NCBI GenBank assembly: GCA_965226055.1 | Contig: CBDDCA010000002.1 | Coordinates: 1-64,000, forward strand | DNA from: Spirochaetia bacterium | GTDB taxonomy: Bacteria; Spirochaetota; Spirochaetia; WTKD01; G963693115 | DNA: 64,000 bases | Direction: 5' to 3' | Shown: positions 28,374 to 36,348 of the stretch, in pieces | How the letters are laid out: each line of letters starts with the position of its first letter | Position numbering within the stretch: the stretch's first letter is position 1 | Made by a program: the position numbers and the translations under genes | Notes under the pieces: generated by a model | Seen by the model: only the letters and a program-made list of their open reading frames with translations | What the model was told of the DNA's origin: nothing | Database searches by the model: none

Positions 28374-29557
28374 TGACAGTAGAAGAACATATAACAAACA
28401 GCACCACACTAAAAGATAAGGCACAGCAACGCTATACTACAAGTGATTGGCCAACCTTACGAGATGAAGAATGGAGGCGAAGTGATCCCTCTGCTATGCC
28501 TGTTACATTGTTGGAACAATACAAAGACAATACAGACCTCACTGCAAGTATTCAAGAGAACATCATGGCTACGGTTGCTTCTCATCCCGAAAAAGATATG
28601 TTTCAGGTGCAAAGTATAGCTGACCTACACAGTAGCGAAGATGCCTTGACCTTGATGGGCATTGCTTTGGAGCATACACAGGATAAATTTGATCTATGGC
28701 GAATGAAGCACTTACAAGCAGGTATACTCATACATGTTCCTGACGGAGTAACGCTAAAACATTCTCTGGACTTTGTTTTGTCAGGAGATACTACAGAAAC
28801 AATATATGCTCCCTTGTTTATTGTTGTGGTAGGCAAGCACAGTAGCATCAGCACTTCTCTTGTTATAGAAGGAGACGGAGTATTTTTGCCTGCATATATT
28901 AGCTCTGTTAATTCTTATGCAGAATATCATTGCTGTGAATTTCAACGTAGCAGTTTAGATTCCATTACTATGGCATCTCATTTTACTGTAGCCCAAGACA
29001 ATAGCAATGTTCAAAAAACAAGTGTTCAGTTTGGAGGCATGATAGCAAACAGTAAGAGCTATGTTCGTATTGAAGGAAGTCGTGCAAATATCAATATGAA
29101 TGGATGTTATTTTGCAAACCAAGATCAGCTTATTGATATACGAACATATCAAAGTCATATTGCACAAAACTCCTATAGTCGTGTTATATATAATGGTGTT
29201 GCAGTAGATGAGTCACATACTGTGTATAGAGGACTTATTGATGTTGATCATCATGCAGAAGAAACAGATGCCTATTTGACCAACAAAAATCTATTACTGA
29301 GTGAAGATGCACGGATGGACTCTATTCCCTGTCTTAATATCAATACAAATGAAGTTCGGTGTAGTCATGGATCTACTACTGGATCGCTTAATGCAGATCA
29401 TATATTTTATTTACAAAGCAGGGGTATGTCAAAGCAAGAAGCACAAGATTTACTTGTGGAATCTTTTATGGAATCTGTATTAGACACTACATTTTCTCCT
29501 CTTAATGAAAGTATTCTGCAATCTTTAAGTGATAAGATGAATAATACCGATAACTAA
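28373..29557 (+). CDS. sufD: Fe-S assembly protein SufD
   Basis: EEWRRSD, NLLLS, PCLNI...CSHGST and FYLQSRG motifs. Confidence 0.92.
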   Translation: MTVEEHITNSTTLKDKAQQRYTTSDWPTLRDEEWRRSDPSAMPVTLLEQYKDNTDLTASIQENIMATVASHPEKDMFQVQSIADLHSSEDALTLMGIALEHTQDKFDLWRMKHLQAGILIHVPDGVTLKHSLDFVLSGDTTETIYAPLFIVVVGKHSSISTSLVIEGDGVFLPAYISSVNSYAEYHCCEFQRSSLDSITMASHFTVAQDNSNVQKTSVQFGGMIANSKSYVRIEGSRANINMNGCYFANQDQLIDIRTYQSHIAQNSYSRVIYNGVAVDESHTVYRGLIDVDHHAEETDAYLTNKNLLLSEDARMDSIPCLNINTNEVRCSHGSTTGSLNADHIFYLQSRGMSKQEAQDLLVESFMESVLDTTFSPLNESILQSLSDKMNNTDN

Positions 29558-29558
29558 T

Positions 29559-29858
29559 ATGGGATGGGTAAAAGCATGTAACGAAGGCGATTTTAAGTAT
29601 AGCTATTGTTTTAGACATAGAAGAAAAGAAATTGCCTTATTTAAGTTAGATGACGGTATCTATGCCACTGATAACTCCTGTACTCATGAATATTCTCCAT
29701 TATGTGAGGGAGTTATTATGGATGGGAGAGTATATTGTCCTAGTCATGGTTCGCGCTTTGATATTAAAACAGGGCAAGTAATTGATTTGCCTGCAACTGT
29801 AAACCTTAAAACATACAAGGTAAAAGTAGAAGATGGAGAGATTTTTGTTAAATTGTAG
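29559..29858 (+). CDS. Rieske-type [2Fe-2S] ferredoxin
   Basis: CTH...CPSH ligand motifs, RFDIKTG. Confidence 0.92.
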   Translation: MGWVKACNEGDFKYSYCFRHRRKEIALFKLDDGIYATDNSCTHEYSPLCEGVIMDGRVYCPSHGSRFDIKTGQVIDLPATVNLKTYKVKVEDGEIFVKL

Positions 29859-29962
29859 TACTATTGTTTGAAAATAATTGCTAATAAATAGAGTTAAATG
29901 GTATATTTTGTATAGTAAATAAGAAAAATAAAGGTATTAGGATAAAAAAAAGCAAAAAAAAC

Positions 29963-29991
29963 TTGACTTTTTTTGGTTTTATAGCTATATT
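29963..29991 (+). promoter_or_regulatory. Sigma70-type promoter of the small Cys-rich gene
   Basis: TTGACT-N17-TATATT preceded by A-tracts (UP-element-like). Confidence 0.65.
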
Positions 29992-30046
29992 AATAGGTGA
30001 AAGGAACTAGCTATTAGTAGGCTAAAAATAAATAAAGGAGGAAAGT

Positions 30047-30166
30047 ATGAATTTATTTACAGGAATAAAGAGTTTATTCATTCGTAAAGAAATGTCAGAT
30101 TCACGCGATTGTATGAACTGCAACAGAAATGAACATGCTTGCATGTGTTATTTAGATGATTACTAA
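30047..30166 (+). CDS. 39-aa Cys-rich microprotein MNLFTGIKSLFIRKEMSDSRDCMNCNRNEHACMCYLDDY (below ORF-track cut-off)
   Basis: SD AAGGAGG 5 nt before ATG, own promoter upstream, intrinsic terminator immediately downstream; CxxC-x6-CxC. Confidence 0.8.
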   Translation: MNLFTGIKSLFIRKEMSDSRDCMNCNRNEHACMCYLDDY

Positions 30167-30169
30167 AGT

Positions 30170-30203
30170 AAGGAAGTCGGGTATATCCTAGACTTCCTTT
30201 TTT
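30170..30203 (+). terminator. Intrinsic terminator
   Basis: AAGGAAGTC...GACTTCCTT 9-bp stem running into a T-tract. Confidence 0.85.
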
Positions 30204-30215
30204 ATGTTTCCTTGC

Positions 30216-30254
30216 TTTTTTTCTCTTTTGTTGCTGTAATACTTGAATTTCCAA
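30216..30254 (+). repeat. Dispersed promoter-upstream element, copy A (most diverged)
   Basis: TTTTTTTCTCTTTTGTTGCTG-TAATACTTGAATTTCCAA aligns with copies B-D. Confidence 0.55.
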
Positions 30255-30276
30255 CGTAATTCCAAGTAATGATAAT

Positions 30277-30305
30277 TTGACACGATGCAAGGATATTAGT
30301 ATACT
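30277..30305 (+). promoter_or_regulatory. Near-consensus sigma70 promoter for the DUF5678-like/protease pair
   Basis: TTGACA-N17-TATACT; inverted repeat CTACT-TT-AGTAG (30304-30315) overlaps -10/+1. Confidence 0.75.
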
Positions 30306-30404
30306 ACTTTAGTAGGGATTGTTCTTAAGGATAGCTGTGCTTTTTTTATTATATGGTGTTCAGCGTATTTCTTAAGTAGATTATAAATATATAAGGAGTA
30401 AAAA

Positions 30405-30686
30405 ATGTCTAATCAGCTCTCTAATAATATTAGCCCCCCCTCTAAAGAAGAGATAAAGAAAGAAATTGAAAATAATCTCAAAGTATTTCAAGAAAAATTA
30501 CCTGAGATTTTGGAAAAACATAATAACGGATATGTTTTATTAAAAGCTGGAAAAGTAAAAGGGGTATATAGTACTTTAAGTGATGTGAGGCAAGCATCAT
30601 CCTTAATAGAAGATGGCTTATATTCTATACAAGAGATTATACAGTCATCAATAAATTTAGGGTATTATTCTCATGCCGTGTTTTAA
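30405..30686 (+). CDS. Small DUF5678-like protein
   Basis: 'FQEKLPEILEKHNNGYVLLKAGKVKGVY...YSIQEI' resembles the DUF5678 pattern; SD AAGGAG; overlaps next gene. Confidence 0.6.
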   Translation: MSNQLSNNISPPSKEEIKKEIENNLKVFQEKLPEILEKHNNGYVLLKAGKVKGVYSTLSDVRQASSLIEDGLYSIQEIIQSSINLGYYSHAVF

Positions 30687-31146
30687 GGGGAATGTACACA
30701 ATAAACAGATTATTATCCATGTGCTTATCAAAGGTGCAGATTCAATAAGTGATGATGTAGAGCATAACGCTCTGGTATTAGAAGAAAAGAATAGTTATAC
30801 TGCATTAGTAGATACAGGGGCACAGTCATCTTGTATAAATGAAAAAGTAGTAGATACATTAGATTTACAACAAATGGGTTCTCGCCCAATAGAGGGTGTA
30901 AATGGTATATCACATAATCCAACATATGTTATAGATTTATTTATTCCAATATTTTCAGTAAATAGAGAAGTAGAAGAAGAACAAATTGTTGAGACTCGTA
31001 GATTATTATCAATAAAAGGATGGAAAGAATATATGGTTTCTCAATTTATCATGAAAAGTAATAATTTCGATGTTATACTGGGGATGGATATATTAAAAGA
31101 TTTTAGTTTTTATATGCATAATAATGAATTTACTATTTGTTATTAG
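30673..31146 (+). CDS. Retropepsin-like (clan AA) aspartic protease
   Basis: ALVDTGA catalytic motif, flap IEGVNG, FDVILGMDIL. Confidence 0.9.
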   Translation: MPCFKGNVHNKQIIIHVLIKGADSISDDVEHNALVLEEKNSYTALVDTGAQSSCINEKVVDTLDLQQMGSRPIEGVNGISHNPTYVIDLFIPIFSVNREVEEEQIVETRRLLSIKGWKEYMVSQFIMKSNNFDVILGMDILKDFSFYMHNNEFTICY

Positions 31147-31266
31147 TAGCGTAAAACTAGATGAAATACTGTTTTTTTGTTATACTTAATAGAGAAAGTT
31201 TATAATTATTCGTATATACATACGGTAATTTTTATTGCTTATAGAAATAATAGCTAAGGAGTTATA

Positions 31267-32088
31267 ATGAAACAGGTACATTCTTATACAGGGGTATCAC
31301 TTGATGTTATTGCATTTGGTACATATCTTCTCTCTCCTGGAGAGCAAACATATGAAACAGTTCGTCTTGCGCTTGAGGCTGGATACAGAAGCATTGATAC
31401 AGCGAAGTATTATAATAATGAAAAGGATGTGGGCAAAGCTATACGTGATGCAGGGTTAGAGGGGAGTGTACAGGTGACTACAAAAGTATGGATAGACGAA
31501 CTTTCTGTCCCTAAAGTAAAAGTAGCAGCAAAGAGAAGTAGAGATTTTTTACAGGTAGAGAGTATCGATGTCTTGCTTGTGCATTGGCCTCGTCCTGACC
31601 TTATAGATACATGGCGTAGTTTTTTAGAGTTACAGGAAGAAGGTGTTGTAAAACATATAGGGGTGAGCAATTTTGAACAAAAGCACCTTCAACAAATACA
31701 AAAAGAAGGCCTTGCTTTACCAGCAGTAAATCAAATAGAGCTAAGTCCTCTTCTTGTTCGTGCTGATTTGCGTGAGTATTGTAAAAGTCTTGGGATAATT
31801 GTTGAAACTTGGGGACCTCTTGTTCAAGGTAAACTTGATGCCCTTTCTCCTATACAGGATATTGCAGATAAGTATAATAAGAGTCTTGCTCAAATTTCAT
31901 TGCGATGGGCAATTCAGCATGGCTTACGAGTATTGCCAAAATCAAGTAAAAAAGAGCGTATACAAGAAAATATAGCTATTTTTGACTTTGAATTGAGTAC
32001 AGAAGAAATGAAAAGGATAGATGGATTGGACAGAGATTATCATTCAGGTCCACGTCCAGATGATATGTATGATCGTGATATATCATAG
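31267..32088 (+). CDS. Aldo/keto reductase (2,5-DKG reductase-like)
   Basis: IDTAKYY, TTK, LVHWP, IGVSNF, NQIE and PKS motifs. Confidence 0.93.
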   Translation: MKQVHSYTGVSLDVIAFGTYLLSPGEQTYETVRLALEAGYRSIDTAKYYNNEKDVGKAIRDAGLEGSVQVTTKVWIDELSVPKVKVAAKRSRDFLQVESIDVLLVHWPRPDLIDTWRSFLELQEEGVVKHIGVSNFEQKHLQQIQKEGLALPAVNQIELSPLLVRADLREYCKSLGIIVETWGPLVQGKLDALSPIQDIADKYNKSLAQISLRWAIQHGLRVLPKSSKKERIQENIAIFDFELSTEEMKRIDGLDRDYHSGPRPDDMYDRDIS

Positions 32089-32105
32089 TAATCTTATGTC
32101 TTTGT

Positions 32106-32525
32106 ATGAAAGTAGTATTAACACGCATAGATGATAAGGTACGTTTTTTAGCAAAAGCAAATGATAATTATGTATACATAGATGGTCCTCCTTCGATGGG
32201 AGGGAAAGAAGCTGGATTTCGTCCAATGGAGCTACTATTATCTGCACTTGCTTCCTGTGCAAGTTTTGATTTTGCAAGTATGTTGTATAAACAAGGGATA
32301 GAAGTCGAAGATATTCTTGTAGAAATTGAAGGACAACGAAAGCAGGAAGGTAGCACTAACCCTTTTTCTTGTATTGAAATTGTTTTCATATTGCAAGGCA
32401 TAGCATCTCATGTTTCAAAATCTCTTATTGATTATCTTGCAAAAAAAGCAGTGTATGAATTGTGCTCGGTAGGAGCCACATTGCGTAAGGAGACTGAGAT
32501 AAAATATGCTATACAGTATGTGTAA
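32106..32525 (+). CDS. OsmC/YhfA family protein
   Basis: GGKEAGFRPMELLLSALASC and LCSV conserved cysteines. Confidence 0.9.
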   Translation: MKVVLTRIDDKVRFLAKANDNYVYIDGPPSMGGKEAGFRPMELLLSALASCASFDFASMLYKQGIEVEDILVEIEGQRKQEGSTNPFSCIEIVFILQGIASHVSKSLIDYLAKKAVYELCSVGATLRKETEIKYAIQYV

Positions 32526-32626
32526 TACTCATTTTAAAAATTGTATTGTTATGTTAATTTTTTGTATTACAGTATATACATGATATTATAGATTATGAAA
32601 ATGCCTTTTTTTGACATCTGCTGAAG

Positions 32627-32660
32627 CCTTTGCTGTCGCAATTAGTTCTTGAATTTGCAA
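32627..32660 (+). repeat. Dispersed promoter-upstream element, copy B
   Basis: TGTCGCAATTAGTTCTTGAATTTGCAA, 21/27 identical to copy D; followed by TTGTAT-N17-TATAGT (32678-32706). Confidence 0.7.
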
Positions 32661-32714
32661 ACTATGTGGGCATATTCTTGTATTTTTATGCAGATTATAT
32701 TATAGTGTAATAGT

Positions 32715-34076
32715 ATGCTAGATACATTACAACGAGGATTTCAATCAATAGTCAAAAAAGTTACTGGGAAAGGCCATGTGTCAGAGTCAAATATAAAAGA
32801 CAGCATAGAAGAAGTAAAGCAGTCGTTACTTGAAGCTGATGTCAATGTTCGTGTGGTAAGACGCTTTGTAAATAGGACTGTTGAGCAGGCTTTGGGAACA
32901 GAAGTATTACGCTCATTGAATCCTGGACAGCAATTTATAAAAATATTAAATGATAATCTTGTTCAGTTTTTAGGCGAAAAACATCAAGATATAGAGTTAC
33001 AAGGAAACCCTGCAACATTACTTATGTGTGGACTGCAAGGGTCAGGAAAAACTACAAGTAGTGCAAAATTAGCGCTATATTACAAAAATGATCAGAAAAC
33101 AGTAGCCTTGCTTGCTCTTGATCTCACACGCCCTGCAGCTATACAGCAACTAGAACAGTTAGGGGAAAAAATAGCCGTTCCAGTTATTACACGAGATACA
33201 TTAGGGCTTTCTCATACTGTATCACTAGAGCAGATTGTACAAAAAGCACAACAGCATGCAAAACAACAAGGATACGAGGTGCTTATCATTGACACTGCTG
33301 GGCGTACCGAGCTTGATCAAGGATTATTGAACGAAATAGGGAGTATTCAGAAAGTTACGAAAAGCTGTGCTAGAATATTAGTGCTTGATGCTCTTACGGG
33401 ACAGACAGCAGTAGATATAGCTAAAAATTTTCATAGTGCAGTAGAACTTACTGGACTTATATTTACAAAAGTTGATTCTGATGCGCGTGGAGGAGCATTG
33501 CTAAGTGTAAAAACAGCAGTAGGCATTCCTGTACATTTCATTGGTTCTGGTGAAACAATGGAAGCGTTAGAGCCTTTTCATCCTGATAGAATGGCATCAC
33601 GGATATTAGGTATGGGAGACGTTGTAAGTTTTGTTGAAAAAGTGCAAGGACAAGTGGATCAAGAACAAGCAGAGAAATTACAAAAGAAAATTCTAAAAAA
33701 AACATTTACTTTGCAAGATTACCTTGAACAAATGCAACAAATCACTAAGATAGGATCATTGGATAAAATAGCAGCAATGATGCCAGGGATGAGTGCTGAT
33801 CAATTACAAAACATAGATACAAAACAAGTACGGCGTGAAGAAGCGATATTATTGTCCATGACTGTGCGTGAACGAGAGAACCCTAAAATACTAGGTTTTT
33901 CAAGAAGAAGCAGAATAGCAAAAGGAAGTGGAAATACGGTAGCAAAAGTGAATGCTCTCTTAAAGAAGTTTGAAAAAATGAGGCAAATGATGAAAAAAAC
34001 GATAAAAGACCCTAAAAAAGTAGCCTCTTTATTTGGAAATGTAGATCCTAATATGCTACAAAATATGAAAAATTAA
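32715..34076 (+). CDS. ffh: Signal recognition particle protein Ffh
   Basis: GLQGSGKTT, DTAGR, TKVD, RILGMGD, M-domain SRRSRIAKGSG. Confidence 0.97.
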   Translation: MLDTLQRGFQSIVKKVTGKGHVSESNIKDSIEEVKQSLLEADVNVRVVRRFVNRTVEQALGTEVLRSLNPGQQFIKILNDNLVQFLGEKHQDIELQGNPATLLMCGLQGSGKTTSSAKLALYYKNDQKTVALLALDLTRPAAIQQLEQLGEKIAVPVITRDTLGLSHTVSLEQIVQKAQQHAKQQGYEVLIIDTAGRTELDQGLLNEIGSIQKVTKSCARILVLDALTGQTAVDIAKNFHSAVELTGLIFTKVDSDARGGALLSVKTAVGIPVHFIGSGETMEALEPFHPDRMASRILGMGDVVSFVEKVQGQVDQEQAEKLQKKILKKTFTLQDYLEQMQQITKIGSLDKIAAMMPGMSADQLQNIDTKQVRREEAILLSMTVRERENPKILGFSRRSRIAKGSGNTVAKVNALLKKFEKMRQMMKKTIKDPKKVASLFGNVDPNMLQNMKN

Positions 34077-34174
34077 GAAAAATAATGTTTACTATTTATA
34101 GAATGTGTACTATATTATAAATAGCTACTAAAATGCTGTAGTAAAAAAGTATAAAATCCTATGAAGGAGGAGTT

Positions 34175-34429
34175 GTGGTTAAGATACGCTTAAAGAAATT
34201 TGGGAAGAAACGGCAAGCATCATATCGTCTTGTAGTAATGGATGCACGGACTAACAGAGATGGACGTGCCATTGATGAGATTGGGTTCTATCATCCCCTT
34301 AATAAAGAAGAAAAAGATCAGATACGTGTTGATTTAGAGAAAGTAGAGTATTGGGTATCAAAAGGGGCTCAAAAAACAGATACAGTTTCTAAAATTATCA
34401 ATAAATTTAAAAGAAATAATGTAAGCTAA
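34175..34429 (+). CDS. rpsP: 30S ribosomal protein S16
   Basis: VKIRLKKFGKK...RDGRAIDEIGFYHP. Confidence 0.97.
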   Translation: MVKIRLKKFGKKRQASYRLVVMDARTNRDGRAIDEIGFYHPLNKEEKDQIRVDLEKVEYWVSKGAQKTDTVSKIINKFKRNNVS

Positions 34430-34440
34430 AAGGAGGCTAT

Positions 34441-34674
34441 ATGGAAAAGGAATTTGTTGAGTATGTAGCAAAAGCTTTGGTTGATGAACCAGAAGCGGTT
34501 GAGGTTCAAGCATTAGAAGGTGAAAAATCAATTATACTTGAACTTAAAATAGCACAAAATGATATTGGGAAAGTAATTGGAAAGCAAGGAAGAATTGCTC
34601 GTTCAATTCGTGTTCTTTTAAGTGCTATAGCAACAAAAACAGGAAAGCGTGTTAATCTTCATATATTAGATTAG
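34441..34674 (+). CDS. khpA: KH-domain RNA-binding protein KhpA
   Basis: DIGKVIGKQGRIARSIR; between rpsP and rimM. Confidence 0.93.
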   Translation: MEKEFVEYVAKALVDEPEAVEVQALEGEKSIILELKIAQNDIGKVIGKQGRIARSIRVLLSAIATKTGKRVNLHILD

Positions 34675-34710
34675 TACCATTGTAAGAAGTTGCAATAACC
34701 ACGTTCTCAT

Positions 34711-34748
34711 GTCTATACTACACTATTACCATGTGTAGTAAGACTTTT
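34711..34748 (+). terminator. Stem-loop with short T-tract (possible terminator/attenuator) between khpA and rimM
   Basis: GTCT-A-TACTACAC...GTGTAGTA-AGAC followed by TTTT. Confidence 0.55.
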
Positions 34749-34755
34749 GTATACT

Positions 34756-34809
34756 TTCATATATAAATCTTCATGTGGAAATTTCATATAGAAATTTTCA
34801 TATAGAAAT
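34756..34809. repeat. Four tandem 13-14-nt units, consensus TTCATATAGAAAT
   Basis: TTCAT starts at 34756, 34770, 34783 and 34797. Confidence 0.75.
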
Positions 34810-34832
34810 ATAGACAAGTAGTATTTGTAGTA

Positions 34833-35387
34833 ATGAAACATACGTCAATACATACACAGTATATTGTCACAGGACGATTGCTTAAACCTTTTGGTCTAAA
34901 AGGAGAAATTGTTTTTTTGTCCTATTCTGGAGAAACAGAACATTTTAAGCAAGTAAAGACGGTATATCTTGGTAATTCATATGAGCAAAAACAGGTAGAG
35001 TACTGGGTAGGACTTGACTCAGCTACTTCACATCAAAAAAAAGCACAAGGCAAAAAGATACGATGTAAGCTATTACATATTGATACCCCTGAAACAGCAA
35101 AGGATCTATGCAATCAGGATGTGTCAATAGAGAGGGCTTTGGCATCTCCACTGTATCATCAAGAATGGTATATATCAGATATGGTTTCATTACAAATATG
35201 CTGTGATGGAAAGTATGTAGGGGTAATTGAAGCAGTGTCTCATGATGCGTTTCAACCACTATTGCGTATACGCTGGAATAATCAAAAAGAGGGACTTATT
35301 CCTTTTAATAAGCACTTTTTTTCTAATCCTAATACAGATACAGGAAGTATAGAGCTGCTCAATGCAGCTCTTGTAGATATGACCTAA
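34833..35387 (+). CDS. rimM: Ribosome maturation factor RimM
   Basis: GRLLKPFGLKGE, DTPETA, EWYISD, LIPF; operon position. Confidence 0.92.
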   Translation: MKHTSIHTQYIVTGRLLKPFGLKGEIVFLSYSGETEHFKQVKTVYLGNSYEQKQVEYWVGLDSATSHQKKAQGKKIRCKLLHIDTPETAKDLCNQDVSIERALASPLYHQEWYISDMVSLQICCDGKYVGVIEAVSHDAFQPLLRIRWNNQKEGLIPFNKHFFSNPNTDTGSIELLNAALVDMT

Positions 35388-35406
35388 CTATTGTTGTATA
35401 CATAGC

Positions 35407-36108
35407 ATGAAAATCCATATTATTAGTTTGTTTCCACAACTAGTAGAACATTATTTTTCTACCTCTATTATTGGTCGTGCAAAGGAAGCAAATATAATTG
35501 AGGTCAATGTTATACATTTACGTGATTTTGCATATGATACACATAAAACATGTGATGATGAACCGTATGGGGGAGGGTATGGCATGATTCTTAAAGCAGA
35601 GCCTCTTGCTGCTGCGCTTGATTCAGTATTACCTCCAAAGCAATGTTATCATAAGGATATGTCTCAACATTCTCCGTTGGTGGTGTTTCCTACGCCTGTA
35701 GCTCCTCTTTTTACTCAGAGTGATGCACAATCTCTTGCATTGGAGAGTGAACTTGTATTTATATGTGGAAAATATGAAGGCATTGATCAACGTATTATTG
35801 ATGTATATGTAGACAAAGTTTTCTCTATTGGTGAATATGTACTTTCTTCTGGAGAAGTTGCAAGTATGGTAATTCTTGATGCAGCCTTACGTTTAATAGA
35901 AGGGGTAATACGCGAAGAATCTGTACAAGATGAGAGTTACAGGGAAAATTTGCTAGAGTATCCACAATATACTCGTCCTGCTGAATTTAAGGGAGTATCG
36001 GTGCCTGAAGTACTCCTATCAGGAAATCATAAGAAAATTGCCCAGTGGCGTGAAGAACAAAAGTACATACGCACTAAAAAATATCGCCCTGATCTTCTTT
36101 CTTCATAA
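35407..36108 (+). CDS. trmD: tRNA (guanine37-N1)-methyltransferase TrmD
   Basis: DDEPYGGG, CGKYEGIDQR, SIGEYVLSSGE, LEYPQYTRP. Confidence 0.97.
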   Translation: MKIHIISLFPQLVEHYFSTSIIGRAKEANIIEVNVIHLRDFAYDTHKTCDDEPYGGGYGMILKAEPLAAALDSVLPPKQCYHKDMSQHSPLVVFPTPVAPLFTQSDAQSLALESELVFICGKYEGIDQRIIDVYVDKVFSIGEYVLSSGEVASMVILDAALRLIEGVIREESVQDESYRENLLEYPQYTRPAEFKGVSVPEVLLSGNHKKIAQWREEQKYIRTKKYRPDLLSS

Positions 36109-36145
36109 TATTTAAGCATACATACTTGCGTGTAATTGTGTATTC

Positions 36146-36181
36146 ACTGTATGTGAGACTGTATATAAGACTGTATATGAG
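36146..36181. repeat. Three tandem 12-nt units ACTGTATRTRAG
   Basis: ACTGTATGTGAG / ACTGTATATAAG / ACTGTATATGAG. Confidence 0.75.
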
Positions 36182-36189
36182 GTAATGGC

Positions 36190-36229
36190 TTTTTTGCTCC
36201 TTTGTCGCAGTTAATCCTTGAACTTGTGA
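36190..36229 (+). repeat. Dispersed promoter-upstream element, copy C
   Basis: TTTTTTGCTCCTTTGTCGCAGTTAATCCTTGAACT, 32/35 identical to copy D; followed by TTGATT-N17-TATACT (36246-36274). Confidence 0.85.
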
Positions 36230-36348
36230 TTTCATGCTGTATAGCTTGATTATATTTTATATTTTATATATACTAGTAAACATAGTAAATTAAAATAAAG
36301 CCTTAACTAATATCTACACAATATCTACTATAGAGGAGGAATTGAAAA

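Noticed and set aside
30078-30290. 70-aa minus-strand ORF as a gene or antitoxin
   Set aside because: Crosses the terminator, the dispersed element and a promoter, and has no clear SD; the plus-strand microprotein has all expression signals
36146-36181. LexA boxes (CTGTATAT half-sites)
   Set aside because: Direct repeats only; no CTGT-N8-ACAG palindrome
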